64,000 nucleotides of DNA from Octopus vulgaris (Eukaryota), in NCBI GenBank assembly GCA_951406725.2, contig OX597831.1:33728001-33792000 (forward strand), written 5' to 3'. This document shows positions 1-13,550 of the stretch, piece after piece; position 1 is the stretch's first letter, and every line of letters starts with the position of its first letter. The notes under the pieces are model-generated. The model was not told the DNA's origin. It saw nothing but the letters and a program-made list of their open reading frames with translations, and ran no database searches. A program made the position numbers and the translations under genes.

Positions 1-67
1 TTATTTTTTTTTTAGGAGAGTTTCAACTGGCACTTGAAACCCTGCGATTGTTTATAAACCAGTGGGT

Positions 68-229
68 CGCGCAAGAATGGCTGAGTAGTTAGAGATTTGC
101 TTCCAAACCACTTGGTTCCGGGTTCAGTCCCACTGCGTGACACCTTGGGCAATTATCTTCTGCTACATTCTCAAGCCCATCAAAGCCTTGTGAGTGAATA
201 TCGTAGACAGAAACTGAGAGAAGCCCGTC

Positions 230-275
<46 letters not shown>

Positions 276-433
276 TATGTCGCTGTAACTTAGCGGTCCG
301 GGAAAAGAGACCGACAAAATAAGTACCAGGGTTAAAAAATATTACGTGCTGGGTTTGATTCGTTCGACTAAAAATCCTTTACAATGGTGCCCCAGCATGG
401 CCGCAATCTAATGACTGAAGCAAGTAAAAGATA
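68..433 (+). mobile_element. tRNA-derived SINE, family A (resembles octopus OK/OR-type SINEs)
   Basis: Head ggctgagtagttagag...ggttccgggttcagtccc, CORE-like caccttgggcaa, internal (TA)n, tail cagcatggccgca...tgactgaa.caagtaaaaga; many homologous copies in the window. Confidence 0.85.
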
Positions 434-469
434 ATATGTACATGATGTAGAAGTAACGCAAAGAATAAA

Positions 470-1095
470 TAAGGCTAAAACTACATTTAGAAGAAAAAGA
501 AAGAAGAGCTATTCGTTCTAAGGGACATAACTCTGAAGCTGAAACTGAGGTTAATAAACTGCTATATTTGTGCCGATCGTCCTCAACTGGGTAGAGAATT
601 GGACAATGTCCAGAGTAATGGCGATGGAGATGCATGCCTTTGATATATGGGTTGGAATAAGCTGGAAATGCAGGTTAACAAACGCTGCAATTTTCTTTTA
701 TACTCTAGGCACAAGGCCCGAAATTTTGGGGGAGGGGGCCAGTCGATTAGATCGACCCCAATACGCAACTGGTAATTAATGTGTCGACCCAGAAAGGATG
801 AAGGGCAAAGTCGTCCTCGGCGGAATTTCAAACGCTGCAATATTAGAAAAGCTGTAAGTCCAAAGACATCCATTGTGAAGAATCAATTCCACAAAGCTAT
901 GCGTGACTGTTCAAGACCATTCTGTCAGGAAGTACAGAGGTAAAAGAGCAAGAAGCCGCCAAAAACGTTTGTTGGCTGACATCAAAGAACGGAACAAGAG
1001 CCCGGCTGATTATGTGCATGCAATACGAAACGGAGGGAGCAGGTATGTCTTTTCAAATCTACCGCTATACATAGAGAGGGTACCTGGCTCATGAT
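470..1095 (+). mobile_element. Decayed RTE-clade LINE fragment (RT C-terminal region), split by a SINE
   Basis: VLNWVENWTMSRVMAMEMHAFDIW resembles RTE 'LLYGxETWT...LEAFEMW'; downstream GKRARSRQKR..ADIKE resembles the RTE C-terminus. Confidence 0.6.
692..828 (-). mobile_element. 5'-truncated SINE family B with target-site duplication
   Basis: Reverse complement of the family B core and tail; TSD caaacgctgcaat at 679-691 and 829-841. Confidence 0.85.
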
Positions 1096-1297
1096 ATTTG
1101 ACTATAATCAGGAGTGAATTTTCTTGATAGAGGCCATCCGTAAGTACAAGTCAGCAGGTTTTAAAATCAACGTAGAATCAACAATCCAACTGTGTAATTG
1201 GTTTTGGTTGAGTCATGACTTCCCATACTAAAATCGAAGATGGTCACTAGGTTTCTTACTTATTCATAACTAGCTTCATATTTGATAGTGTAAGTTA

Positions 1298-2197
1298 CGA
1301 AGTGGTACCAAAACGTTATCAGATTAGTCATGTAGCGCGCAAACGGACAGCAGCGCACGGTTGCGTGCATAGTGAGAGCTAGCAGTGGCCTTTATGAGGC
1401 AGTGTGCCGAGTGACATCGCTGATTTCACTCCGCAAGTTGGGAAATTTGTGTTTTTGTGATCGTGTGGTATGCTGTAGTCTGCGATTTTGTCATGGACAG
1501 GAAGATGAAACAAAGAGCCGACGTGAAATTTTGCGTTAAACTTGGGAGATCGGCTAAAGAGACATTGAGCATGCGTCGACAAGCTTACGGCACCGAGGCA
1601 ACGGGTCGTGCACAATGTTTCAAGTGGCACGGGTGTTTCGAAAGCGGAAGAACGTCCCTGCAAGACGTTGAGTGATCTGAAAGACCTACTGTGAGCGTCA
1701 CCCACGGAAGGGTGGTATTGTGCATCGTGCCCCTCCAAGTTCAGACGGTCAATCGAGAATTCTACAGCGAAGTTTTGAAGCGAAAGTGACCGGTTCTGTG
1801 GAGCGTGAAGAATTAGATCCTTCTCGACGACAATGCACCCTATCACTGAGCAATCCTCACGCGTGAGTTTCTCGCCAAAAACAACATGGTATCGCTTCTG
1901 CACCCTCCCTATTCGCCAAATTTAGCACTTGCGGACTTCCGTCTCCTCCCAAAGATGAAAATGCGAAGGTCACCATTTTAACACCGATGTCGAGATCGAG
2001 AGTGAATCGCAGAAGGACCGGCACTTGCTCACGGAAAGCGACTTCCAAACCGGATTGCAAAAGTGGCAGAAACGCTGGGACCGGTGTATTGCTGTGTAAA
2101 ATGACTATCTCGAAGGAGACGATGCTAAAATTTAGGTAAAATAAGTTTTTTCTTATTAAACATAAAACTAGTCCTGCAACTTTTTAATGCCACCCCG
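1298..2197 (+). mobile_element. Internally deleted, decayed mariner transposon
   Basis: TA-flanked imperfect TIRs (cgaagtggtaccaaaacgtt / aactttttaatgccaccccg); N-terminal QRADVKFCVKLGRSAKET...FKWHGCFESGRTSLQD; C-terminal DNAPYH and HPPYSPNLALADF motifs; stops and frameshifts. Confidence 0.9.
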
Positions 2198-2512
2198 TAT
2201 ATACTCAGGACTGGAATGTTAATACTCTTGAGGTGCGTTGTATCGAACACATCTCTTAGCTTATCCCAGTCTTCATAAATCAAGCAAATTTTCATTAACG
2301 CATCCCGTAACCACAAATATGTTGTTTAAATATCCGGTGTACATTATATATCTATGTCTTGTTAGCGTTTTGTTTTCTATTGTAGCCAACTACAATGATA
2401 CGAACGTGGACTCTAAGTAACAAAAGATAGCTTCCCCATCGTCTGTAGAAGTTTTGTTGTGGACATGTGAAGAAACTTGAATTAAGAACGTATTTTATGA
2501 ATAACAAACTAA

Positions 2513-2720
2513 AAGGCGGTGAGCTGGAAGATTCGTTTGCACGTCGGACAAAATGCTTAGCGGCATTTCTTCCGAGTCATTTCGTTCTGAGTTCAAAATT
2601 CCGCCGAGGTCAACTTAGCTGTTCATTCTTTCGAGGTCGATAAAGTAAGTACCAGTCAACGTAATCGACCAGCCCTCGCTCCCCCTAATTTCTGGTCTTA
2701 TGCCTATAGTTGGAAGGATG
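2513..2720 (+). mobile_element. SINE family B
   Basis: aaggcggtgagctgg...aaatgcttagc...gttctgagttcaaa.ttccgccgaggtc...gtcgataaa.taagtaccag consensus. Confidence 0.8.
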
Positions 2721-2732
2721 ACTAACAAATAA

Positions 2733-3270
2733 TACGGTGGACTAGTAGAATCGTGGCGCGCTGAATAAAATGCTTAGCGATATTTCTTGCTGTTCTTAAC
2801 GTTCTGAGTTCAAACTCCACCGAGGTCGACTTTAACTTTCATTGTTTCGGAGTCGATGATATTAAGTACCAGTCATTTGCTATTGTCGTGGAGGCACATG
2901 ACCTAGTGGTTAGAGCAGTGGATTCGCGGTAGAAGGATCGCGGGTTCGAATCTCAGACCGGGCGATGTGTGTGTTTACGAGCGAAACACCTAAGCTCCAC
3001 GCGGCTCCGGCAGAAGATAATGGCGAACTTCTGCTGACTCTTTTGCCACAACTTTCTCTCACTCTTTCCTCCTGCATCTAGCAGCTCACCTGCGACGGAG
3101 CGGTATCGCTGTCCTGGTGGGGAACCTATACGTCAAGGAAACCGAGAAACAGGCCCTTATGAGCCAGGCATGGCTCGAGAAGGAACAAAACAACATTTAC
3201 TAGTATCGATCAATCGACTTACTCCTTCTGCCTAAAGTTGCTGACCTTGTTCAAAAAATTTGAAGCCATT
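2733..3270 (+). mobile_element. Decayed SINE family B interrupted by a family C SINE
   Basis: Head and core at 2733-2873, tail resumes near 3195-3270; imperfect duplication catttgcta/catttacta flanks the insert. Confidence 0.7.
2887..3193 (+). mobile_element. SINE family C, tRNA-Arg-like head (OR1/OR2-like), tail type 1
   Basis: ggaggcacatgacctagtggttagagc (A box), TCG at the anticodon position, ggttcgaatc (B box); tail ...ccaggcatggctcgagaaggaacaaaacaaca. Confidence 0.8.
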
Positions 3271-3977
3271 CATAACAGACGATAAGTCTGTAAAGATACA
3301 AACAAGGTTTTGAATGTCCACAAATAAAATTGTAAACAAGAAAGTTGTAAATATCAGGTTAGCGACTGTACGAGAACAATACTAGACAATATATTAACAA
3401 TACTAGAATAGCACATTACTGTCAGCTTATAGTTTACTTACAACGAGGCTCAAATGCAAGAATCATATGAAACAAAACAAAACGTAGCAGACAAGAAAAG
3501 AGCAGACAAAGCAACGATACTCTACAGACGGATTAAAACACATCGAAGCAACAGGGATAAATTAACACAACTCTTTATTAATTACACAGATAATATGCAC
3601 TTATTACAAACAAAAAATTAACTGATGTGGTATATATCAAGTGGTCATAGATTTGAATTCCGACTGTAGTATGGCGTTGAAACTGCTCACAAGAAGTTGT
3701 AATACACGCTGATATCCCTTCTTCCAGAAGATAAGACTATGAAGGTCTTGTAAAGCTGATGGTGGATTTAGAAACTTTGCTGTTCCAAGAACATTGTAAA
3801 AAAAAACCCCAGGAAAATATGAAATAACCTTGATTAAAAAACCCCCCAAAGTAAAACGCGGGTGCTTTCAACATGATAGAAAGATAGTTCCTCATTTAAG
3901 CACTCGTGCTAATATAGATTTATAAGTATATATCCATATAAGCATGCATTCACATGCCCTCTCTGTCTGTCCGTTTG

Positions 3978-4058
<81 letters not shown>

Positions 4059-4115
4059 GGTTATGTGAATATATGTAAAATTATGAAATTATCTCTCAAT
4101 ATATCTCTCTGAATA

Positions 4116-4151
<36 letters not shown>

Positions 4152-4156
<5 letters not shown>

Positions 4157-4330
4157 GAAATTTACAGAAAAACAAAAGACGAGGAGAGGTGTATGGACAA
4201 CAGGCAAGTGTTTTATTTTGACGCTTGGGAAGGTGAGAAAGTCTTTTATGCTTCGAGTCTACGCTCTTAAACAGAAAAGTACACGAAGAAGTAAACAGAG
4301 AGAATAAAAAAAGAACTTGTGGTTTTAGCG
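4152..4330 (-). mobile_element. Short HHR-associated (Penelope-like) repeat, diverged copy
   Basis: Homologous to 37980-38165 and 58128-58322; abuts (TA)n; decayed hammerhead motif near 4242-4278. Confidence 0.6.
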
Positions 4331-4756
4331 CTCACACACATACACAAGCACAAACACATACACACGCACACGCACGCACACACACGCGCATAAAAACACA
4401 CACACGCGCATAAACACACACAAACACGCATATATATTTATAGTCATCATCATTATGTACATTACTGTTTTGACTAAATTTTGTAATTCTCTTCTCATTT
4501 ATAGTTTCAGAAATACACCGAGATTTTCCTTTCTGAAAGCAAGATTTAGCTACTTATCTGTAATCATAGAAATATTTGAAGTTATCAAAAATATTTAAGG
4601 TTGTGAAATACGCTACCAACATTTATAGAATCTATTAACGTCTCGAACGAGCCTTTGGCTATTCTTGGAGGTAATCTGTTAGAGTCATATTAACTAGGCC
4701 GGAGGGCGTATTTAGTTGCCCCTGTTTATCTTCTCGGTTTTCGGTTTTTCTTTTAG

Positions 4757-4838
<82 letters not shown>

Positions 4839-5111
4839 GCACACACGCTCACACACACACACACACACACTTACATATGCCATATATATTTATAGTATAT
4901 ATATATATATGTATATATATATATACATACTCATACAATATACACATATACACTCATATGTATAGACATGTATATATGGATATGTATCTATATATGTATG
5001 TCTTCTAAACATATGCATCTATGCATATAATCATATATATATATATACACATATATATGTCTATGTAGCTGTTTTCCAAACACGTATGTATGTATACATA
5101 TATATATATCT

Positions 5112-5163
<52 letters not shown>

Positions 5164-5736
5164 GTGTGTGTGTGTCCGTGTATGTGTGTGTGGGCGGTAT
5201 ACACACATATTTATTTACATATGTACACATCTATGCAGATGTATTCGTGTGCATGTGTATTTTTGTTCGTGTATATGTACATATGCATACATGCATGTAC
5301 ATATATATATATATGTGTGCGTGTCTCTGTGCGTTTGTGTGTGTGAGTGTGTTTGTGTATGTCTGTCCAATTTTGCGTGTGTGTGTGTCTTTGTGTTCAC
5401 GTGCGTGCTTGTGCTCTATAGGCGGTGAAGTGTTTGCAGTGAAATCTTTATGAATGCTGGATAGAACGCTCTGAGTTCAAATCCTGCCGATGTCAACATA
5501 ACTTTACGTCCTTTCAAGATCGATTTTTAAAAAATGCACATCGGGAGGCAGTGGTGGATAGGCAGAACTACTAGAAGATCAAACAAGATACCTTGTGATG
5601 ATTATTCCACCTATTCGCATTCAGGCTGGAATACCTACCACAGCGCTGCTATCAAGGTGTATCCGTCCAATATAGCGGCCTTTTGTTGTGATGTGCAGAA
5701 GACTAACTTCTGTGCACAGGTTAACTACTGGTTTTC

Positions 5737-5885
5737 CTGTGTGGTAGGAAGCTTGCTTACCAACCACATGGTTCCGGGTTCAGTCTCACTGCGTGGAACC
5801 TTGAGCAAGTGTCTTATACTGTAGCGTCGGGCCGACCAAAGCATTGGGAGTAGATTTGGTAGACGGAAACTGAAAGAAGCCTGTC

Positions 5886-5933
<48 letters not shown>

Positions 5934-6142
5934 GTGTGTGTGTTTGTCCCTACTTTCTCCACTTGAAACCGGTGTTGGTTTGTTTTTGTCTCCGTAATCT
6001 AGCGGTTCGGCCAAATATATCGATAGAATAAGTACCAGGCTTTAGAAAAAAAGTACTGGGGTCGATACATTCGACTATAATTTCTTCAAGGCGGTGCCCC
6101 AGCATGGCCGCAGTCAAAAGACTGAAACAAGTAAAAGATAAC
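5737..6142 (+). mobile_element. SINE family A
   Basis: Near full-length match to the other family A copies. Confidence 0.85.
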
Positions 6143-6233
6143 AGGTAAAGGATAAGGCTTACTTATACACGACCAAATGGTTAACCAGCCTTTTGCTGCG
6201 GAGATCCAACGTAGTGTTACTGTAACATACCAT

Positions 6234-6680
6234 AAGGCGGCTAGTTGGCAGAGTTGTTAGTGCGTTGTACAAAATGCTTAGCAGCATTTCGTCCGTTTTT
6301 ACATTCTCGGTTCAAATTCCAGCGAAGTTGACTTCTCTTTCATCCTTTTGGGAGGGCCGATAAAATAAGTACCTGTTGATTTGATCGACTTGGACCCTTT
6401 CCTAAAAGTTTTGGCCTTGTGCCAAAATTTGAAACCAATATAAAGGGAAGTGTAAAGCGGAGGGTTGGTAGAAGGGTTAGCACGCTGTGAAAAATGCTCA
6501 CAGGTATTTCGTGCGTCTTTAGGTTCTGAGTTCAAATTCCACTGATGTCGAATTTGCCGATCATCCCTTCGGGGTCGATCAAATGAGTTCCAGTCAAGTG
6601 CTGGAGTCGTTGTAATCGACTTACAGTCATCCTTAAAATTACTGTCCTTGAGCTAAAATTTGATACCAATTTGAAACCAA
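6234..6680 (+). mobile_element. Two head-to-tail SINE family B copies
   Basis: Heads near 6234 and 6454; both end ...aaatttgaaaccaata. Confidence 0.75.
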
Positions 6681-6689
6681 TATTAAGTG

Positions 6690-7110
6690 AACTGAGCCAG
6701 CGAAATATATGAGACATGGCTCAAGAACTGAGTCTGTGAAATATATGAAACTTGGCTCAAAAGCTGAGCCTGTGAAATATATGAGATTTGGCTCAGCAAC
6801 TGAGCCTGTGAAATATATGAAACTTGGCTCAAAAACAGCCTGTGAAATATGAGACTTGGCACAAAAACTGAGCCTGTGAAATATGAGACTTGACTCAAGA
6901 ACTGAGCCTGTGAAATATATGAAACTTGACTCAAAAGCTAAGCCTGTGAAATATATGAAACTTGGCTCAAAAGCTAAGCCTGTGAAATATATGAGAATTG
7001 ACTCAGCAACTGAGCTTGTAAAATGTATGAGACTCGACTCAAAAGTGAGCCTGTGAAATATATGAAACTTGGCTCAAGAACTGTCCCGGTGAAATATATG
7101 AGACTTGGCT
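6690..7110. repeat. Minisatellite, ~36-bp unit, ~12 copies
   Basis: Unit (g)aactgagcctgtgaaatatatga(a/g)acttggctcaa; gives the SQVSYISQAQFL repeat in the ORF track. Confidence 0.95.
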
Positions 7111-7666
7111 TCTAGTAATAGGATACGAACCATTGTTTCTTTGGGTTTGGAATTTCGACACTCGATAGACTCAACAAGAAGCGATAGCTTTCTCAAAAGC
7201 AGAGACAGAATAGGCTCGCTTTTTGTTGCTGTTGTTTTTGTTGCTATTGCTGCCGCTGTTGTTTAGCTCCAGGTCAGACATAACAGAGCAGGGCTATGAT
7301 CAAAGACACTGGCTCCACAATTAACTCATCTCTTAACGTATCGACGACAACCTCGTCTTGTAAATCTTTGATCGCTTTAATGCAGTTGGGTGTGATTTGT
7401 AACCGATAGAGCGACTACATAGGAGGCCTCCACTCTGGATCAGCGAAATTCGGACGCTAATAAAACTCCCGAACGCACCATCAAATGTAATTCAATTACC
7501 TTACGATAAAATTTATCTCTGCTTTGATAATCTAATTAAAGAACAAGACTCAAGAAGCGATTTAGCGAAGAATCACACTGAAGGGTGTCATTTGTTTGAA
7601 AATGGCCGTTTTCATTATACACACACGTGCATCGTGTATGTGTATATATATAAACACATCCACACA

Positions 7667-7724
<58 letters not shown>

Positions 7725-8126
7725 CATAAATGTGTATGTATATACATATATATGTATATATATAAGTATATATGTGTGTGTATATATATATATATATATA
7801 TGTATATACAGACATACATACACAGACACATGTATTAAATATATACAACAATATATTTGTATATATACTAATAGATTATTGAATGTATATGTGTGCGTAA
7901 ACACGTGATTGTGAGTGTGTATACGTAACGTATTGCGAAAATTAATCTGACTGGGGCTTCGCAATAAATTTGACTTTTCTCTCAATAGATAAGAACAGTA
8001 AATGTTCTGCTATTGTTCTTAAACTAACTTTGAGAAAGGAATGGCCTCATGTTAACCATTGTATATACGTATATCTATATGTATCTATATGTATGTATGT
8101 ATATATATAGGGTCGATATTGAAAAG

Positions 8127-8159
<33 letters not shown>

Positions 8160-9129
8160 CGTATATGGGTACAGGACGTCACAAAACGTAAACAAGATGA
8201 AATACGAAAACGATATGGATTACGATATACGTAAACATGAAATACGAAGGCAAACCTGGTTATGCGAGCAACGAGAGAAAGAAATGGAAAACGAGAGAAG
8301 TAACATCAGTTGTCGGCTGTTTCTCTACTCCACATTTCGAGCAATTCACGACAATATGTGACTTCGAGAAACAGTTGCTTCCGCAAACGAAAATAAAATT
8401 TGGGATTAGAGGAGGGTCAAAGTTGGTAAGAAAAGCAGGACATATAACAAACAAAACGAAGAGGAACAGGGTGACCCGTTAGGCCAAATGAGTTAAGGTA
8501 GCGAACGCTGTAAGAATATTCTTTGATAAGAGAAATGATAGGAGAGGACACAGATAAGAATGCGTCTGGTCTGTACCGACAGACTGAAGGAAAAGAAAGA
8601 TGATCACCTGAGGAAAAGAAAGATAGACGATGGTAACGTGTGAGCGACCAGTGAGAATAAAAGAGGAAGAGGGTGAAGATTAGAGAAAGGATGGGAGAGA
8701 AAAAACGAAAGGGGGAAGAGGAGAAAAAAGAATAAGAGAAAGGAAGAGAGAAAACGAAAGGGGGAGTGAGAGAACAGTACAGGGTTAGATAAACTTACTT
8801 GGAAATGGATGCGTGGCGTTCAATCGTATAATAATATAAAAAAATATATATGCATATATACATACATATATGTACATATATATATGTATATATGTATGTG
8901 TGTGTATGCATACACACACACACATATACATGCATATATAATTTAGTTCGGCCGGGGTCAGCGTTTTTATCTCTCTTTCTCACGCAACGTCTTTCTTCCA
9001 GCCGTTTTATCATATATATCTATATCTCCCTCTCTCTCTCTATAATTATAACTTAGGGTATCTACGAGATACCGCTATGCTGAAAATAGCGGGGAAATTT
9101 AAGAATAAAAATATAAAATATGTAATATG

Positions 9130-9320
9130 ATAAAGGAAGGGCCCTTCGCCATTGTTCGTTTGTTTGCGTCTCGATAACTTAGCGGTTCCACAAAAAAGTA
9201 CTCGATACAATTGCAGGAGACTCACAAAAACGTGTACTGTGTTCCATTTGTTCAATTAAGTCCTTCAAAGCGCTGCCCCAGTATGGCCGCAGTCCATTGA
9301 CTGAAATAAATAAAAGATAA
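9130..9320 (+). mobile_element. SINE family A, 3' half
   Basis: taacttagcggttc...gctgccccagtatggccgcagtc..tgactgaaa. Confidence 0.75.
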
Positions 9321-10989
9321 GCGATATGTCAGAAAGTATCGAATTAATTGAGCCGTTAGAGTGCTAGGCATAAATACTTCGCAGTATTTGTTGTGATCCT
9401 TTGTGCTCTGAGAATTGTTATTCTCTCGGGCTCGATAGAAACTGTACCAATCGAAGGCAATGGGTTGTCAGACCTGCTAGAACATCGGACAGGATTCCTT
9501 GTGCTATTTTTGCCGGAATTTAGCGTCTCGACTTTGAATTCAGCCTGGGACATCTTTATTTTTTTTATTCTCTCAGGGTCGATAAAACAATATCAATCCA
9601 ACGCACTGGGTTGGTGGATCTGTTAGAACGTTGAATCCGATGCCTTGCAGTATTTTTTATGGAGGTATGCGTTCCGTGTTCAAATCCTGCCATGGCCAAT
9701 TTAGGTAGTAGCTTTAATGCGTCACCCAGTTTAACACAAGCAGCTGCTAATTTGGGTTCTTTTTACCAGAGCTCAACCCACTGCAAGCATTGGAGTCAGG
9801 TTCTCTTCAGTTTTGCGGTCATATTTTTCTTTTGTTGCCAACAAACTCACAGTCCATGTAGCAGATCGAGGACACTGCTTTTCATTATGACCAGAACGAT
9901 AAAGAACCTCCAGCCCCACAGAAAAAAAGCAAGAAAAACCACGAAAAAAAAAAACTTCTCCCCCAAAAGTGAACGTTTATACTACATTGCTAATCAGCGT
10001 TAAATAAAACACTTCCAGAGCATCTTCTTATTTTCAGAACATATTTTACAAAAGCAATACACACCGTCAGCAATGTTTAATTCAATGCTCGAAGGAGAAT
10101 CATATTTGCAGTTGACCCTCATTTAGGATGTTATAATGAAATGAAGAGTAATTATTCCTGGCATACTACTTCCGCCTTCTGCTCTTGAAGAACGTAATTT
10201 TCTCATCTTTAATGAATGATTCCTGCAAATATGAGTTTATAAAATTGTAAGAGTCAATTAAATGCATGACTTGAAATAAGTATGGCCTTGAGATTCCTTC
10301 AATTACATTTACATACAACAGAAGACGTTGATCTTTTGAATCTGCGTGAATAATACTTAGAGAGAACTGAATTCTTTCAACAGATGTATCTTTTGTTGAA
10401 ATTTCCATAAAATTTTATGATTTTAATTAGATTTATTCCAGTTTTCAATCTTGTTGCGGTGAAATTCAACAAACAACGTAAGTGTAAGACGTCATGGAAG
10501 AAAGGACCGAAATGGCAAAGTAGGTGAATGTAAGGATTCAAGCAACTTCATTTATTTCATAAGTATGTGAACATACTTCATCTAATTCCTACAGTTACCT
10601 AATCTTCACCCATGGTGTGGCACCATGAATTTCTCACTCGCATAACACCTCATGGTTGTTAAACAGCTGTGCCTCCCCAGATAAACATGTATTCAAAAAA
10701 ATTATTCAAACCTTTTTTACTTACTTAGGTACTTCTCTCTCTCTCTCTCTATGTATCATAGGCTGTCGACGTCTTTTTTCTACCATTCTCATCTCTGAGC
10801 CTCTTTTTTTTTTTTTTAGGGCAACCTCTCTTCCGCCTCTCTCGTGGGTTCAGGTTAGGGCATGTTGTGTTATCTTCGTGGTTAGAAGGAGAGTTTCGAC
10901 TTTACCGTTTCTTTTCGGATTGTGCTGCACTTCATCATAAATAAGTTTCTCTGAGAGAAACCATTCCCGCCCAGATATTAATTCGTTTC

Positions 10990-11455
10990 GTATTCTTTCA
11001 TATGTATCAGTCATTTAACTGCGACCATGCTGGAGCACCGCCTTGAAAGGTTTTAGTTGAACAAATGGACTTCAGGACTTATTTTTTAATCCTAGTACTG
11101 TTTTGAGCCTACTACTTTTTAAGCCTAGTATTTATTCTAGCGATCTCTTTTGCCGAACTGCTAGTTAACGAGAATGGAAACACACCAACACCGATTGTCA
11201 AGTGGTGCTGGTGGTGCTGGCAGAGGGAGAAACAAAGACACAAAGACGCACACATAGATACACACACACACATACACACATATGTATGTATGACGGGATT
11301 CTTTCAGCTTCCGTTTACCAAATTCACTCACAAGGTTTTTGGTCCACCCGAGGGTATACTAGAAGGCATTTGCCGCAGGTACCAAGCAGTTGAACCGAAC
11401 TCAAAACGATGTGGTTGGGAAGCAAGATTCTTACCAGGCAGCCACGCCTGTGCCT
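10990..11455 (-). mobile_element. SINE family A
   Basis: Reverse complement of family A from tail to head. Confidence 0.8.
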
Positions 11456-11699
11456 AGCTTTTTACCACGCGTAACTTTGCTTTTTTTTTCTTGATAGGCG
11501 TGTTTGTCCTACGCAAACCCATTTTTAACTCTGGAGAAAATGGGTCACATATTAGTCTTTCCTCTAACCTTTGTCCTGTCCAGTAAGGGATACCCTCCTG
11601 GGAGGTTACGGTCTGCTGGCATACTTCTCAACGTTATTGAAGCACATACTGCAACCAGGATCAGACCTTGTGGTAGAATATTATCTAGACACAAAGATA

Positions 11700-11865
11700 T
11701 AGGCGGTGTGGCTATGTGGTAAGAATCTTGCTTCACAACCTCACGGTTCTGGGTTCAGTCGCACTGCGTGGTGCCTTGGGCAAGTGTCATCTACTATTGC
11801 CTCGAGTCGACTAAAGCCTTTTGAGTGGATTTGGTAAACTGAAAGAAGCCCGTCATACATACATA
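11700..11865 (+). mobile_element. SINE family A, 5' half
   Basis: gtggctatgtggtaagaatcttgc...gggttcagtc...gccttgggcaagtg...aagaagcccgtc. Confidence 0.8.
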
Positions 11866-11890
11866 CATAAATTCTTATACATACACACAC

Positions 11891-11998
<108 letters not shown>

Positions 11999-12349
11999 GA
12001 AGAAGAAGAAGAATGTGGGAGTGCCATAACAGTAGTCTGTTGAATGGTCAGCTGCGCTGACCCACAGTTGATGGTAACAGTTGCTCTTCAATGTTTTGTT
12101 TATGAAATTTGTGTAGGTGTTATTCTAAACAGCATTAGTGATAAAGTTAGGAAGGAGAAGGAAGGAGACGAAGAAGGAGAAGAAGAAGAAGAAGAAGAAG
12201 AAGAAGAAGAAGAAGAAGAAGAAGAAGAAGAAGAAGAAGAAGAAGAAGAAGAAGAAGAAGAGGAAAGAGAAGGGAGAATAGGAAGGAATGTAGATAGTGT
12301 GAAAGTAGTAAGGTGTTAAATGTTTAAAATATATATATATATATATATA

Positions 12350-12558
12350 CAGGGGATCCCAGAAGTTCGCACCATTCTGGTTTTCATTAAAAATTATTAA
12401 AGCAATTAATTTTATTATATTTTCTCGGCATGTTTTATTGTAGAGGGTGCTCAATTCGAGCATTTGTTATGAATTAATTGCAATAACGCGTTCTTGAAAT
12501 CAGTAAGGGTGTAGTCTTTTAAAAAACCACGGTGGTGCGCAACTTCTGGGACACCCTG
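12350..12558. mobile_element. Tc1/mariner-type MITE (~209 bp)
   Basis: TA-flanked TIRs caggggatcccagaagttcgcacca / tggtgcgcaacttctgggacaccctg, inserted in (TA)n. Confidence 0.85.
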
Positions 12559-12569
12559 TATATATATAT

Positions 12570-12836
12570 ATCACGTGATCACGTGACTGACCAGACCATC
12601 AGATGTTGTTACACATTTAGCCTTCGAATGACGCTACCCCGCTGGCTAAGCGAGCAGGCCAACAGAAGAAAGAGTGGGAGAAAGAGTGGTTAAAGAGTGC
12701 AGCAGGGATCACCACCCCCTGCCGGAGCCTCGTGGAGCTTTTAGGTGTTTTCGCTCAATAAACACACACAACGCCCGGTCTGGGAATCGAAACCGCGATC
12801 CTGCAACCGCGAGTCCGTTGCCCTAACCACTAGGCA
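12570..12836 (-). mobile_element. SINE family C head with a different tail (tail type 2)
   Basis: Minus strand gcctagtggttagggcaacggactcgcggttgcaggatcgcggtttcgattccc matches the 2887 head; 3' part is unrelated and ends (tcacgtga)2. Confidence 0.8.
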
Positions 12837-12859
12837 TCCATATATATATATATATATAT

Positions 12860-13075
12860 GTCTGTCTGTCTTTGTGAGTGTGTGTTCTTCATCACTGCCT
12901 GACAACAACTGTTGGTGTATTTACGTCCCAGTAACTTAGCGGCTCGGCAAAAGAGAACGATAGAATAAGTATTAGGCTTAAGCTTAATAAGTAAGTCCTA
13001 GTGTTCAGGCGGTGCTCCAGCATAGCATAGCCGCAGTCAAATAAATGACTGAAACAGGTAAAAGAATAAAAAAGA
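12860..13075 (+). mobile_element. SINE family A, 3' half
   Basis: tttacgtcccagtaacttagcgg...ggcggtgctccagcat...tgactgaaacag. Confidence 0.8.
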
Positions 13076-13271
13076 ATAAAATTTCCTAATTTGAAGGAGG
13101 CACGCGGATCATCTGGTTTGCCGACCATTTTCTGCTAATCTGAGAGTCCATGTCATATAACTGACAGTAATACCGATATCCGTAAACAGCAAAAAAAAAA
13201 TCGATGACGAAGGAATTTTCAGATTATAATCAATAACTGCACTAAGTAACGTACTATATAACTACAATTAA

Positions 13272-13351
<80 letters not shown>

Positions 13352-13484
13352 AGTAAAAGAAGAAAATGCTGACAAAATAATTTAAGTAATTTAAGTAATT
13401 TAATTAGGTCAGCATTTTCATTTGTCAGCATTTTCTTCTTTTACTCTTTTTATATATCACAACTCTGTTCCACATCTCCTTTTT

Positions 13485-13550
<66 letters not shown>

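Noticed and set aside
2887-2960. tRNA-Arg gene
   Set aside because: The acceptor stem does not close and the sequence runs into a SINE body; the same holds for the other SINE heads.
3637-3849. 70-aa ORF in complex sequence
   Set aside because: No recognisable motif in any frame and no clear splice signals.
6690-7110. CRISPR-like array or 12-aa repeat protein
   Set aside because: Units are contiguous with no unique spacers, the context is eukaryotic, and indels break the frame.
8320-8390. Hammerhead-like motif on the minus strand (ttgcgga agcaa...ttgctc gaaa tgtg)
   Set aside because: Too many core mismatches and no convincing stem I.
10483-10687. Solo LTR (tgtaag...aaaca)
   Set aside because: No matching TSD and only a weak terminal inverted match.
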